From Chthoniobacterales bacterium (lineage in GTDB: Bacteria > Verrucomicrobiota > Verrucomicrobiia > Chthoniobacterales > UBA6821): DNA of 64,000 nucleotides. The stretch covers positions 11,295 through 75,294 of the forward strand of contig JBAPTI010000016.1 of assembly GCA_049282095.1 (NCBI GenBank), in the 5' to 3' direction. The position numbers were made by a program, and so were the translations under genes. The stretch's first letter is position 1. Every line of letters begins with the position of its first letter. Positions 17,699-27,598 of the stretch are shown one piece after another. The notes under the pieces were generated by a model, which made no database searches, was not told the origin of the DNA, and saw only the letters and a program-made list of their open reading frames with translations.

Positions 17699-19213
17699 AT
17701 GAAAAACATCCCCAACCCTGAAATCTGGTTCCTCACCGGCAGTCAGCACCTCTACGGAGAGGGGCCGCTCCGTCAGGTTGCAGAGAACTCCAAGGCCATC
17801 GTCGACCAACTCAACGCCTCGGGCCGACTCCCTCTGAGGCTTGTCTTCAAGCCCGTCCTGACCCGTCCGGAGGAGATCCGCGCGACCCTGCTCGAGGCCA
17901 ACGGCGCCCCCGAGTGCGCCGGCGTCATCACCTGGTGCCACACCTTCTCCCCTTCCAAGATGTGGATCAACGGCCTGCTCCAGTTGCGTAAGCCGCTTCT
18001 CCACCTCGCCACGCAGTTCAACTGCGATCTGCCCTGGGCCGAGATCGACATGGACTTCATGAACCTCAACCAGGCCGCCCATGGCGACCGGGAGCACGGG
18101 TTCATCCATGCCCGCCTGCGCCTTCCACGCAAGGTGGTCGTGGGCCATTGGAGCGACGGCGAGGTGCAGGACCGCGTCGCCGCCTGGATGCGAGTCACCC
18201 GTGCATGGGCCGACTGGCAGAAGGGCAGGTATGTCCGCTTCGGCGACAACATGCGTCAGGTCGCCGTGACCGACGGAGACAAGGTCGCCGCGGAGGCCCG
18301 CTTCGGGTTTTCCGTGAACACGCACGGTGTCGGGGATCTTGTCGAGGCGATGGAGGCCGTCGACGACGCCTCGGTGGACAGTCTCTGCGCCGAGTATGAG
18401 GAGACCTACGACGTTGCTTCCACGCTTCGCAAGGGGGGCGACCGCCACGCGATCCTGCGCTACAACGCCCGCCAGGAAATCGGTCTGCGTTCCTTCCTTG
18501 AGCAGGGTGGATTCACGGGATTCAGCGACACCTTCGAGGATCTGCACGGACTCGCTCAGTTGCCCGGTCTCGCCGTCCAGCGCCTCATGGCACTGGGTTA
18601 CGGTTTCGCCGGCGAGGGTGATTGGAAAACCGCTGCCGTCGTCCGCGCGATGAAGGTCATTTCGGCGGATCTTCCCGGAGGAGCATCCTTCATGGAGGAC
18701 TACACCTACGAGCTCAACCCCTCGGGTCAGCTGGTGCTCGGATCCCACATGCTGGAGGTCTGTCCCTCGATCGCCGCGGAACGGCCCCGACTCGAGGTGC
18801 ATCCCCTCGGGATCGGCGGCAAGGCGGATCCCGCCCGGTTTGTGTTCGACGCCCGTGCCGGCGCGGCCGTCAACGTTGCCCTCATGGATCTCGGCAACCG
18901 CTTCCGCTTCCTGGTCAACGAGGTCGATGCGATCAAGCCGCCCCACGAACTTCCCAAGCTGCCCGTGGCACGGGCCGTCTGGAAGTGCCGACCCGATTTC
19001 AAGACCGCCGTCGGCGCCTGGATCCATGCCGGAGGTGCCCACCACACCGGCTACAGCTACGCGGTCACCTCCGAACACATCGAGGATCTTGCCGAAATCG
19101 CGGGAGTCGAGGTGGCGGTCATCGATGCGGAGACAAGGATGAGGGAGTTCCGCCAGCAACTCCGCAACAACGAGATCTACTATCATATCGCCCCGGGCCT
19201 CGGCCGTGTGTAA
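17699..19213 (+). CDS. araA: L-arabinose isomerase
   Basis: 504 aa, collinear with E. coli AraA ([14 protein letters not shown]..., [49 protein letters not shown]). Confidence 0.95.
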   Translation: MKNIPNPEIWFLTGSQHLYGEGPLRQVAENSKAIVDQLNASGRLPLRLVFKPVLTRPEEIRATLLEANGAPECAGVITWCHTFSPSKMWINGLLQLRKPLLHLATQFNCDLPWAEIDMDFMNLNQAAHGDREHGFIHARLRLPRKVVVGHWSDGEVQDRVAAWMRVTRAWADWQKGRYVRFGDNMRQVAVTDGDKVAAEARFGFSVNTHGVGDLVEAMEAVDDASVDSLCAEYEETYDVASTLRKGGDRHAILRYNARQEIGLRSFLEQGGFTGFSDTFEDLHGLAQLPGLAVQRLMALGYGFAGEGDWKTAAVVRAMKVISADLPGGASFMEDYTYELNPSGQLVLGSHMLEVCPSIAAERPRLEVHPLGIGGKADPARFVFDARAGAAVNVALMDLGNRFRFLVNEVDAIKPPHELPKLPVARAVWKCRPDFKTAVGAWIHAGGAHHTGYSYAVTSEHIEDLAEIAGVEVAVIDAETRMREFRQQLRNNEIYYHIAPGLGRV

Positions 19214-19225
19214 AAAGATCTGATC

Positions 19226-19918
19226 ATGAATCACCGCGACATCCGGGAGGCCTGCTGCGAGGCGAACCGCCGCCTTCCGGCCACTGGCCTCGTCGATCTC
19301 ACCTTCGGGAATGTCAGCGTGATCGACCGGGCTGCGGGAGTCCTTGCCATCAAGCCGAGCGGTGTCGACTACGCCGACCTGACGCCGGAGCGGATGGTGA
19401 TTGTCGATCTGGAGGGGAATGTGGTCGAGGGAACGCTCCGTCCCTCTTCCGATACCCCGACCCATCGGAAGCTCTTCCTGGCCTTCCCTGGAATCGGCTC
19501 CGTGGTCCACACGCATTCGCGGAATGCCGTGGCCTTCGCCCAGGCGCTACGTCCGATTCCCTGCCTCGGCACGACGCACGCCGACCATTTCCGGGGTGAG
19601 GTGCCCGTCACCCGTCACATGACTCCAGAAGAGATCTCCGGCGACTACGAGTGGGAGACAGGCAAGGTCATCGTCGAGGCTTTTGCGGAGAGCGATCCGC
19701 TTGAAGTGCCGGGCGTTGTGGTTGCCGGCCACGGACCCTTCGCCTGGGGACCCACCGCTTCCAAGGCGGTGGAGTATGCACTGGCCCTCGAGATCTGCGC
19801 CGAGATCGCCCTCAAGACCCTGGCCTTGAATCCCTCGGTTGGAGAACTCCCGGCGGCGCTTCGTGAGAAGCATTTCCTCCGCAAGCATGGCAAGGATGCC
19901 TATTACGGGCAGACCTGA
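19226..19918 (+). CDS. araD: L-ribulose-5-phosphate 4-epimerase
   Basis: 230-aa class II aldolase fold with GNVSVIDR..., IKPSGVDY, PSSDTPTHRKLF, VVHTHS. Confidence 0.93.
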   Translation: MNHRDIREACCEANRRLPATGLVDLTFGNVSVIDRAAGVLAIKPSGVDYADLTPERMVIVDLEGNVVEGTLRPSSDTPTHRKLFLAFPGIGSVVHTHSRNAVAFAQALRPIPCLGTTHADHFRGEVPVTRHMTPEEISGDYEWETGKVIVEAFAESDPLEVPGVVVAGHGPFAWGPTASKAVEYALALEICAEIALKTLALNPSVGELPAALREKHFLRKHGKDAYYGQT

Positions 19919-19944
19919 CCCGTTTTCATCTCCTATTCCCTCCC

Positions 19945-20075
19945 CCCTGAACACGACACTCGGAACCCTCGGTTGGTGGGTCAACGGGGCCTCGATCTTC
20001 GCTTCTAACATCGGATCCGAGCACATCGTCGGCCTTGCCGCGATCATCGCCTCCTATCTCTACTTCAGGGGCTGA
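19945..20075 (+). pseudogene. Remnant of a Na+/solute symporter (SSF/SGLT family) gene
   Basis: The frame after araD reads ...LGTLGWWVNGASIFASNIGSEHIVGLAAIIASYLYFRG*. GASxFASNIGSEHxVGLA is the SGLT/SSF TM2 signature. No start codon or TM1 precedes it, and it stops after ~40 codons, 4 nt before the convergent oxidoreductase gene. Confidence 0.6.
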
Positions 20076-20079
20076 GCCT

Positions 20080-21114
20080 TTAAACGCTCCGGCAATAGCT
20101 GACGCCCGCCTCGGCCAGCCAGGCATCTAGGACGGCGGCGTTGCCGAGCGAATCCTCCCAGTCCATTTCCGGGGTTTGCTGTCTCCCCTCGGCAACGGCA
20201 CGGGCCACCGCATCGATCTCGAATCCGTAGAGATCGTGGTCGGGAGTTCCGCTCGGCAGAGTCCGCGTCACACCCCCCTTGTGATTGCGGATCCGGATCT
20301 CGGCTTCGCCGGGATAAACGCCCCAGGGGCAGTTCAGGGTGATCGTTCCGAGTTCCCCTTCCAGACGGACTTCATTGGTTCCATGGAGTTGAATTCCGCT
20401 TTGGATCATGGCGATGAGTCCACCGGGGAATCGCAGGATCGCGGCGGCGGTGAGATCGGTCTTCTCTCCGGGATCCAGTCTGGCAAATCCACGGACCTCC
20501 TTCGGTTCGGCATGGCGTTTCCCCAAGACTTCGCCGGCCACCATCCGGGCCATTGAGACCCCGTAGCATCCGATATCCAGGATCGACCCGCCTCCCAGAG
20601 CTCGGGCGACCAAACGATGACGCGGATCATATTCCCCGAGATGGTAACTGAAGGTTGCATGGATCATGCGGATCGGTCCGATCTCGTCGGAGCGGATCAG
20701 CTTGCGCAGGGTTTCCGTCTGCGGATGGCAGCGGTACATGAAGGCTTCCATGAAGAAGACTCCGTGCTTTCGCGCCGCGCCGATCATCTCTTCCACCTCG
20801 GCACGGTTCATGCCTGCGGGTTTCTCACAGAGGATGTGCTTGCCAGCCTCCGCGCAACGGACGGCCCACTCCCGGTGCATCGGATGGGGAGGCGCGATGT
20901 AGACAGCGTCGACTTCAGGGTTTTCCAGAAGTGCCGCATAGTCTCCATGGGCGTGGGGGACACTGTGCTGTCCGGCAAACTTGGCGGCATCCTCCGAGGT
21001 TCGGCTTGCCACCGCCGCGAGTTGACCGGTCGAGGATTTGGAGAGTGCCTCCGCGAAGCGATGGGCGATCTTTCCGGTGCTGAGAATGCCCCAGCGGATT
21101 TTGGTGGCGGTCAT
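20080..21114 (-). CDS. Gfo/Idh/MocA-family NAD(P)-dependent oxidoreductase
   Basis: 344 aa with an N-terminal Rossmann region KIRWGILSTGKIAHRF, EKPAGMN, and a C-terminal alpha/beta domain. Confidence 0.85.
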   Translation of the reverse strand: MTATKIRWGILSTGKIAHRFAEALSKSSTGQLAAVASRTSEDAAKFAGQHSVPHAHGDYAALLENPEVDAVYIAPPHPMHREWAVRCAEAGKHILCEKPAGMNRAEVEEMIGAARKHGVFFMEAFMYRCHPQTETLRKLIRSDEIGPIRMIHATFSYHLGEYDPRHRLVARALGGGSILDIGCYGVSMARMVAGEVLGKRHAEPKEVRGFARLDPGEKTDLTAAAILRFPGGLIAMIQSGIQLHGTNEVRLEGELGTITLNCPWGVYPGEAEIRIRNHKGGVTRTLPSGTPDHDLYGFEIDAVARAVAEGRQQTPEMDWEDSLGNAAVLDAWLAEAGVSYCRSV

Positions 21115-21170
21115 CGGGAAAGGGAAAAGGGGGAATGAAAAATGAAGAGGAACTTCTTGTGGGGGGGATT
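21115..21170. repeat. Solo family-B arm (GGAATGAAAAATGAAGAGG...TGGGGGGG)
   Basis: Matches the reverse complement of the right arms at 27552-27587 and 28794-28829 (GAATGAAAAATGAAGA..GGGG). No partner arm is nearby. Confidence 0.6.
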
Positions 21171-21201
21171 AAGCAGCCTAGCAACCTTCCCCACTTAGAC
21201 T

Positions 21202-21612
21202 TCAGATCCCACCCATCCCGAGGATCTGCTCGTATTCCTTGGGGGCGATCGGCATCACGCTGAGGCGCGACTGCTTGATGAGAGAGATTTCCGCAAGGGA
21301 CTTCTCCCCCTTGATCTCCTGAAGCGTGACGGGTGAGGGGAGGGGTTTCACGGCGGCCAGATCGACGCAACTCCAGTCACCCTCCTTGGCGGTGGGATCA
21401 GGGTAGGCTTCCTTGACGACCTTGGTGATGCCGCGCACGGAGGGATCGGTGACGCTCTGGTAGAAGAGGACGAGGTCCCCCTTCTTCATCGCGCGGAGAT
21501 TGTTCCGGGCCTGGAAGTTGCGGACACCTGTCCATGCTGTCTGCTTCTCTCTGATGAGGTCGGCCCACGAGTAGGCGGAGGGTTCGGATTTGACGAGCCA
21601 GTGGTTTGCCAT
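21202..21612 (-). CDS. EVE (PUA-like) domain protein
   Basis: 136 aa. MANHWLVKSEPSAYSWADL...GVRNFQARNNLRAMKKGDLVLFYQS is the standard stand-alone EVE/DUF55 sequence. Confidence 0.85.
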   Translation of the reverse strand: MANHWLVKSEPSAYSWADLIREKQTAWTGVRNFQARNNLRAMKKGDLVLFYQSVTDPSVRGITKVVKEAYPDPTAKEGDWSCVDLAAVKPLPSPVTLQEIKGEKSLAEISLIKQSRLSVMPIAPKEYEQILGMGGI

Positions 21613-21710
21613 GGAGGCGTTTTAGCCTGTTTTCCGCCAAAGATCCACAAGGGGTGCAATCCCCTTTTAGCACTTCAACCCGTGCCTCTTCCCGCTATGA
21701 TTCCATCCTC

Positions 21711-22364
21711 ATGGCAGGCAAAGGCCTCTTCATCACATTCGAGGGTTCCGAGGGGTGCGGCAAGTCGACCCAGATCGGCCGTCTCGCCGCACGCCTGCGT
21801 GATGCGGGCCGTGAGGTGGTCCTCCTGAGGGAGCCGGGCGGAACCCCGATCGGGGAGCAGATCCGTCATCTGCTCCAGTATGATGAGTCCGCCGGCGCGA
21901 TGACACCCGAGGCTGAACTGCTCCTCTTTGCGGCCAGCCGTGCCCAGCTTGTTCGGGAGGTGATCCGTCCGGCCATGGAGCGCGGGGCCATGGTGCTGTG
22001 CGACAGGTTTTTGGATTCCACAACGGTCTATCAGGGGGTGGCCCGGGCACTGGACCGACGGGATGTTGCGGCGGTCAATGCCTTCGCCGTCGGAGGGACG
22101 CTTCCCGATCTCACCCTGCTCCTTGATCTCGACGCCGCCGAAGGACGCCGCCGTGCGGCCTCCCGCAAAGGGCCGGTCGACCGGATGGAGCAGGAGGGGG
22201 AGGAGTTCTACGAGGCGGTGAGGCGCGGCTATCTCGAACTCGCCGAGGCGAGCCCCGGTCGCTTTGCCGTGATCGATGCCTCGGGCAACGAGGCCTCGGT
22301 GGAGAGCCTCATCACGGCCGCACTTGCGGAACGCTTCAACGGGGGGGCTCATGGCATTTTCTAG
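21711..22364 (+). CDS. tmk: Thymidylate kinase
   Basis: P-loop FITFEGSEGCGKSTQ and DRFLDSTTVYQG. I moved the start to ATG 21711; the ORF-track N-extension overlaps the EVE gene. Confidence 0.9.
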   Translation: MAGKGLFITFEGSEGCGKSTQIGRLAARLRDAGREVVLLREPGGTPIGEQIRHLLQYDESAGAMTPEAELLLFAASRAQLVREVIRPAMERGAMVLCDRFLDSTTVYQGVARALDRRDVAAVNAFAVGGTLPDLTLLLDLDAAEGRRRAASRKGPVDRMEQEGEEFYEAVRRGYLELAEASPGRFAVIDASGNEASVESLITAALAERFNGGAHGIF

Positions 22365-23292
22365 GGAAGAGGCGTACCGGTTGCTCGAGAAGGCCCTTGC
22401 CGAGGGGCGCCTCGGCCATGCCTACCTGATCTCCGGCGGGCCCGGCTCGGGTGTCGGGGAATTTGCCAATGAGGTGGCCGGTCTCTTCCTCGGCACCGGG
22501 GCCATTCATGTGGAGCAGGATCCCGACTTTCATGCGATCGAGCCGGGTTCGAAGTCCCGCCGCATCCTGATCGAGCAGATCCGGGAACTGGAGGAGGCGA
22601 TCCACCGCACCCCTGAAAAGGGATCGCGCAAGGTGGCGGTGATCCGCGACGCGGACCGACTCATGGTCCAGGCTGCCAACGCCTTCCTGAAGACGCTTGA
22701 GGAACCCTCGGAGGGATCGCTTCTGCTGCTGACCACGCAACTTCCCGAGGCGCTTCTCGAGACGATCCGCTCCCGCTGCATCTCGGTGGTGCTCCGCTCG
22801 GCGCACCGCCCGCCCGCCGGATCGCGCGAGGAGAAGCTCTCAGCGGCGATGCCCCGTTTTTTCGGGCCGGAAGCCCGAACCGATGCGACCGCGGCCTTCG
22901 GCCTGACCAGACTGTTCCGGGATCTGCTGGAGGAGGTCCGCGAGGAGGCCGAGGAGCGGATGAAGGAGGAACTCTCCGCGGAGAAGGCGCATTTTGGAAA
23001 GACGACCGAGGGGGATTTCGAGGCGAGGGAGGAGGCCCTGAAAGCCTCGGCCGAAGCCGACGTGCTCGGGGAGCGTTCCCTGCTGATCGGGGTGATGGCC
23101 GACTGGTTCGGTGCCTCGCTCAGGAGCTTGCACGGAACAGGAGGCGCTCCCGATGAGGCGGAGTCGCGCCGGTTGCTCCGCTGCCTCGAGGCCATCGAAA
23201 AACTCCGGGGAACCCTGGAACGCGGTGTTCAGGAGGGGCTTGCCCTGGAAGCGGGTTTTCTGGAACTCATGATTGCTTCGCGTCAAGAATAG
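22351..23292 (+). CDS. holB: DNA polymerase III delta' subunit
   Basis: GRLGHAYLISGGPGSGVGEFA, ANAFLKTLEEP, RSRC. Start set at ATG 22351 (14-nt overlap with tmk). Confidence 0.85.
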   Translation: MAFSREEAYRLLEKALAEGRLGHAYLISGGPGSGVGEFANEVAGLFLGTGAIHVEQDPDFHAIEPGSKSRRILIEQIRELEEAIHRTPEKGSRKVAVIRDADRLMVQAANAFLKTLEEPSEGSLLLLTTQLPEALLETIRSRCISVVLRSAHRPPAGSREEKLSAAMPRFFGPEARTDATAAFGLTRLFRDLLEEVREEAEERMKEELSAEKAHFGKTTEGDFEAREEALKASAEADVLGERSLLIGVMADWFGASLRSLHGTGGAPDEAESRRLLRCLEAIEKLRGTLERGVQEGLALEAGFLELMIASRQE

Positions 23293-23298
23293 GGAGTC

Positions 23299-24105
23299 AT
23301 GAAGAAGCGTCCCGTCGTCCTCAAGTTCGGCACAGGCATCCTCGCCCGCGAGGGTGGGTGCTCGCTCGATGAATCGCAGTTCCGCAGACTCTGCGCCGAG
23401 ATCGCGGCCCTTGTGGCCGCCGGCATTCCATGCGTGGTCGTTTCCAGCGCCGCCGTCGCCGCGGGAGTCGATGCCCTGCGGCTCGCGAAGCGCCCCTCCG
23501 ACCTTGCCGGAAAACAGGCCTGCGCGGCCGTGGGCCAACCCGCCCTCATGAATGCCTACGCGCGGCATCTCGCGCGCCACGGGCTGCGTCCCGCCCAGTT
23601 GCTTCTCACCCATGACGACATCTTCAATGCGGGCCGCCGTCGCAATGCAAGCATCACCCTCTCCAAGCTGCTCTCCTCTCCCGGCGTGGTCCCGATCATC
23701 AACGAGAATGATTCGGTCGCCGTCGAGGAGCTCCGCTTCGGAGACAATGATCGTCTCTCCGCCGAGGTCGCCCAGTTGGTGAAGGCCCGCCTCCTCATCC
23801 TGCTCACCAGTGCCGACGGGTTGCTCGGCCGCAGCACACCCTCTGCTCGCGCCCACCGCATCCCGCTCGTTACCGACATCGGCGAGGCCTTCCGTCATGT
23901 GACGCCCGAGAAGGGGGAGCATTCCACAGGCGGCATGAAGGCCAAGCTCACCGCCGTCCGGACGGCTGTGGAGGCCGGGGTCGAGACCGTCATCGCCCAT
24001 GGACGCCTCAAGGGCATGATCGCGGGGGCCGTTGCGGGTGACGATGTCGGGACGCGTTTCCCCGTCGTGAAGCGCAGGGCCACCGCCACACGCCGCAGAC
24101 GATGA
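23299..24105 (+). CDS. proB: Glutamate 5-kinase (no PUA domain)
   Basis: 268 aa with VVLKFGTGIL, VVSSAAVAAG, NENDSVAVEELRFGDNDRLSA, GGMKAKL. Confidence 0.9.
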   Translation: MKKRPVVLKFGTGILAREGGCSLDESQFRRLCAEIAALVAAGIPCVVVSSAAVAAGVDALRLAKRPSDLAGKQACAAVGQPALMNAYARHLARHGLRPAQLLLTHDDIFNAGRRRNASITLSKLLSSPGVVPIINENDSVAVEELRFGDNDRLSAEVAQLVKARLLILLTSADGLLGRSTPSARAHRIPLVTDIGEAFRHVTPEKGEHSTGGMKAKLTAVRTAVEAGVETVIAHGRLKGMIAGAVAGDDVGTRFPVVKRRATATRRRR

Positions 24106-24968
24106 CCGCCGCACCCACCCGCATCATCGCCATCGGAAGGAACACCTTCACCGAGTTGGTGAGGCAGAAGGTCTTCTATTTCCTTCTTCTCTTCGCGCTC
24201 ATCGTCATCGGCAACTCCGCCTTCCTCGCCAAGTTCTCGTTCCAGGAGGAGTTCCAGATGCTCAAGGATGTCGCGCTCGGTGCGATGTCCGTCTTCCTTA
24301 GCCTGCTTGCGATCCTGGCCACGGCGATGCTCCTCCCGCGTGATCTCGAGGACCGCACCATCTTCACGATCCTCTCCAAGCCGGTTCCCCGCCACGAGTA
24401 TCTGCTGGGCAAACTTCTCGGCGTCGTCATCCTCCTGGGCCTCTCCACGATCGTCATGGGGGTGCTGTTCCTCGGTGTGCTTTTCCTGAGGGAGCAGGCC
24501 GCGCTGTTGGAGACCCAGCGATCCTTGTCGGGTTCGCCACAGGAGTTGGCCGCGGCCCTCGACGCGATCAGGAAGGGAGCTTTCAGTTGGGATCTCATCC
24601 CGGCGATGGCGATCCTGCTGGTTAAGGCGATCCTGCTCTCATCGCTCACCCTGCTGATCTCCACCTTCGCCACCTCGGGCATCTTTGCGATTCTCGTTGC
24701 CACCTCGGCCTACTTCATCGGGCACCTGCAGGTCACCGCCCGCGAATACTGGATGGGCGGGGTCGGGATCCACTGGTGGACCCGGATCTTCACGGCACTG
24801 GTGGCCCTGATTTTCCCGGATCTCCAAGCCTTCAACCTCACCGATGACATCGTGGCAGCAACAGCACTGCCGATGAGTCTCTTCTGGCAGACCATGGCGC
24901 TCGGCGGTGTCTACACGGCCGTCTACTTCGCCGTTGCCTGCTTCCTTTTTCAGAACAGGGAGCTCTGA
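24102..24968 (+). CDS. ABC-2/NosY-like polytopic membrane protein (permease-like)
   Basis: 288 aa, ~6 TM. The N-terminus IAIGRNTFTELVRQKVFYFLLLFALI resembles ABC-2 permeases. ATGA overlap with proB. Confidence 0.5.
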   Translation: MTAAPTRIIAIGRNTFTELVRQKVFYFLLLFALIVIGNSAFLAKFSFQEEFQMLKDVALGAMSVFLSLLAILATAMLLPRDLEDRTIFTILSKPVPRHEYLLGKLLGVVILLGLSTIVMGVLFLGVLFLREQAALLETQRSLSGSPQELAAALDAIRKGAFSWDLIPAMAILLVKAILLSSLTLLISTFATSGIFAILVATSAYFIGHLQVTAREYWMGGVGIHWWTRIFTALVALIFPDLQAFNLTDDIVAATALPMSLFWQTMALGGVYTAVYFAVACFLFQNREL

Positions 24969-24973
24969 TCACC

Positions 24974-25798
24974 ATGACCGGCGCGATGAACCCGTTCCGC
25001 AGTCTGGCGGCCATCCTGATGCTTGCTGTCGCGGGGGCGATCCTCCTCCCTTGGCAGATGGAACTGCAGCGCCTCTCCAAGGAGGCCCGATTCCGGACGA
25101 CGCCGATCGACCTCTCGCTTCGGGAGCAGGTCGGCCAGTCGGGATTTCTCGCGGCTCTGAGCGGGTTCCGCGCGCCCCTTGCGGCCTTCCTCTGGATCGA
25201 GGCGCACACCGCCTGGGAGAAGACCGAGTGGGGGCGCATGACCGGCCTCTTCAACACCGTCACGACACTGCAGCCGCATTCGCTCCTCTACTGGGACATC
25301 GCCGCATGGCACATGGCATGGAATGCCTCCGCCCTTCAGGACACCAGGCAGCGAAGCGAGGTGCTCCGCGAGCGGGCGCGCCGTCAATACATCGACCTCG
25401 GACGCGACTTCCTGGAGAGGGGCATCCGCAACAATCCCGACAGCTACCTGCTTCAGGAGAGGCTTGGGATCCTGCTCCGTGACAAGGTCGAGGATCATTC
25501 GGGAGCGGCCGATGCCTTCGCCAAGGCCGCCTCGTTCCCCGACGCACCCGCCTACCTCAAGCGCTTCGCCGCCTACGAGGCGGCCAAGGTTCCCGGTCGT
25601 GAAAGGGAGGCGTATGACCGCCTGCTCCTCCTCCACAACGAGGGCGGCAGGATGCGCGCGCCGAACCTGCTCACCATCCTGCGGAAACTGGAGGAACAGT
25701 TGAAGATCCCCGCCGCCCAGCGGGTCAAGGAACTGGCTCCCGCTGCATCCCCCTCATCCCCCGCGCGCCCGTCACCCTCCCCCCGTCCCCGAAGCTGA
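24974..25798 (+). CDS. Hypothetical membrane-anchored helical-repeat (TPR-like) protein
   Basis: 274 aa with an N-terminal TM (LAAILMLAVAGAILL), a helical body and a Pro/Ser-rich tail. No motif recognised. Confidence 0.4.
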   Translation: MTGAMNPFRSLAAILMLAVAGAILLPWQMELQRLSKEARFRTTPIDLSLREQVGQSGFLAALSGFRAPLAAFLWIEAHTAWEKTEWGRMTGLFNTVTTLQPHSLLYWDIAAWHMAWNASALQDTRQRSEVLRERARRQYIDLGRDFLERGIRNNPDSYLLQERLGILLRDKVEDHSGAADAFAKAASFPDAPAYLKRFAAYEAAKVPGREREAYDRLLLLHNEGGRMRAPNLLTILRKLEEQLKIPAAQRVKELAPAASPSSPARPSPSPRPRS

Positions 25799-26529
25799 TG
25801 CGCTGCGCGATCCTGGGAGATATCCATGCCAACCTGCAGGCGCTTGAGGCGGTTCTAGCCGACGCGCGCGAGTATGGCTGCGGGGAGTTTTACACGCTGG
25901 GTGACGTGGTGGGTTACAATGCGAATCCTGCGGAGTGCCTTGAGACAGTGCGGGCATTGCCGGGTGCCTGCATCCTCGGCAACCATGACCAGGCCGCCGC
26001 CGATGAGCGTCCGCTCGGCGATTTCAGTCCTGAGGCCGCCGCGTCGATCGAGTGGACCCGGCGGCAGTTGAATCCGGAGCAGAAGAGCTGGCTTGCCTCG
26101 CTCCGCGTCCAGCGCCAGATCCGCCGCATCACTCTTGTCCATGCCACGCTCGATTCGCCGCTCTCCTGGGGATACATCCGTACCGCGGAGGACGCCGCGA
26201 TGAGCCTGGCCTGTCAGAGTACGCCGGTCTGCTTCATCGGTCACACCCACGTTCCCAAGGCCTTCGCGAAGGGAAGCGGCGAGGTCCTGCTCTTCGGGAA
26301 CGAGGGCGAAGGGGTCCAGCTCCCCATGGATCGGAAGTTTCTCATCAATGCGGGCTCCGTGGGGCAACCGCGCGACGGCGATCCCAGGGCCGCCTACATG
26401 ATCTATGACGAGGAGAGCTCGGGGCTCTGGTTGCGCCGCGTGGAATACGACATCGGGGCCGCCGCCGCGGCGGTCCGTGCCGCCGGCCTCCCCGAGAAAC
26501 TCGCCGAACGACTGCACACAGGATCATGA
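25798..26529 (+). CDS. Metallophosphoesterase (YfcE/MJ0936-like)
   Basis: ILGDIHAN, LGDVVGY, GNHD, GHTH motifs in the canonical order. Confidence 0.85.
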   Translation: MRCAILGDIHANLQALEAVLADAREYGCGEFYTLGDVVGYNANPAECLETVRALPGACILGNHDQAAADERPLGDFSPEAAASIEWTRRQLNPEQKSWLASLRVQRQIRRITLVHATLDSPLSWGYIRTAEDAAMSLACQSTPVCFIGHTHVPKAFAKGSGEVLLFGNEGEGVQLPMDRKFLINAGSVGQPRDGDPRAAYMIYDEESSGLWLRRVEYDIGAAAAAVRAAGLPEKLAERLHTGS

Positions 26530-27521
26530 ACTCTCCCGTGTCCCGTCCGAAGCGCATCCTTCTGGTGAAGCCGAGTTCGCTCGGCGATGTCATCCATGCG
26601 ATCCCCGTGGTCTCCGCGATTCACGCTCACTGGCCCGACGCGGAGCTGCGCTGGCTCATCCAGCCCGCATGGCGCACACTTATCGAGGGGCACCCCGGCG
26701 TCTCGGAGACGGTTCTCTTCCCCCGTGACAAGTTCCGGGGAGTGGCCGGATGGCTCCGTTCGGTGGCCTGGCTCGGAACCCTCCGCGACTGGAAGCCCGA
26801 CCTGGCGATCGACCTCCAGGGACTGCTCCGCAGCGCCCTCTTTGCAAGGATCTCCGGAGCAGACCGCATCGTGGGACTCTCCGATGCACGCGAGGGGGCG
26901 CGCCTGCTGCATGGCGGAAGAGTGCCTGTCTCCGGCAATGACCATGCGGTGACACGCTATCTCGCGGTGCTCGATCATCTCGGGATCCCGAAGCCGAAGC
27001 GACCGGAATTCATCCTGCCCGCGGGGAGGATGCCCGCCGGATTCCGTGCGGCCGATCCCTATCTCGTTATCCATCCCTTTGCAAGGGGAGGGGGGAAGAG
27101 TCTCGATGCCGGACTGGTGAGAGCCTACGCCCGCGGAGCCTCCGGTTTTCGGGTCGTGGTGGTCGGGCGTGGGGATTTGCCTGATGACCTTCCCTCCAAT
27201 GTGGAGAACTGGAGCAACAGGACCGATCTGCTGGAGTTGACCGCCATCCTGAGGGGTGCCTCGTTCATCGTCAGTTCCGATAGCGGCCCCATGCATCTGG
27301 CCGCGGCGCTTCACCCCTCCAGGACGCTTGCCATCCATCTGTGGAGCGACCCGCTCAAGGTCGGCCCCTGCTTTCCCGAGTCGCTTGTCTGGAAGAACGG
27401 ACGGGTCTCCCGTGTTTCCGATCTCGACGAGTCATGCCGTGGCGAGGGAAGACCCCCGACCGAAGCCGAAATGGAAACCCTCGGCCGCATGGCGGTGGGG
27501 GAAATGAAGAAGGAAAAATGA
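26526..27521 (+). CDS. Glycosyltransferase family 9 (LPS heptosyltransferase-like)
   Basis: KRILLVKPSSLGDVIHAIPVVSAIHAHWPDAELRWL... and C-terminal SSDSGPMHLAAAL. ATGA overlap with the upstream gene. The last codons (..EMKKEK*) lie in the family-B repeat. Confidence 0.85.
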   Translation: MNSPVSRPKRILLVKPSSLGDVIHAIPVVSAIHAHWPDAELRWLIQPAWRTLIEGHPGVSETVLFPRDKFRGVAGWLRSVAWLGTLRDWKPDLAIDLQGLLRSALFARISGADRIVGLSDAREGARLLHGGRVPVSGNDHAVTRYLAVLDHLGIPKPKRPEFILPAGRMPAGFRAADPYLVIHPFARGGGKSLDAGLVRAYARGASGFRVVVVGRGDLPDDLPSNVENWSNRTDLLELTAILRGASFIVSSDSGPMHLAAALHPSRTLAIHLWSDPLKVGPCFPESLVWKNGRVSRVSDLDESCRGEGRPPTEAEMETLGRMAVGEMKKEK

Positions 27522-27587
27522 AAAATGCCAAAACAGGGGATTTCCGCATCTCCCCACTTCTTCATTTTTCATTCTGCCTTTTGCCTT
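27501..27587. repeat. Family-B hairpin, copy 1 (GAAAAAT words), upstream of thiH
   Basis: Left arm GAAATGAAGAAGGAAAAATGAAAAATGCCAAAACAGGGG, 12-nt loop, right arm CCCCACTTCTTCATTTTTCATTCTGCCTTTTGCC. The arms are imperfectly complementary. Confidence 0.85.
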
Positions 27588-27598
27588 AGTATTCATCC

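Noticed and set aside
16967-19516. 849-aa minus-strand ORF, the longest unexplained ORF in the track.
   Set aside because: It is entirely antisense to araB/araA/araD, which have unambiguous signatures. Its composition (R/G/D/V/H-rich) is shadow-frame-like.
27522-27598. Possible TPP riboswitch upstream of thiH.
   Set aside because: I looked for the conserved CUGAGA / ACCUGAUCUGGAUAAUGCCAGCG-type elements on the plus strand and found none. The spacer is fully accounted for by the family-B hairpin.
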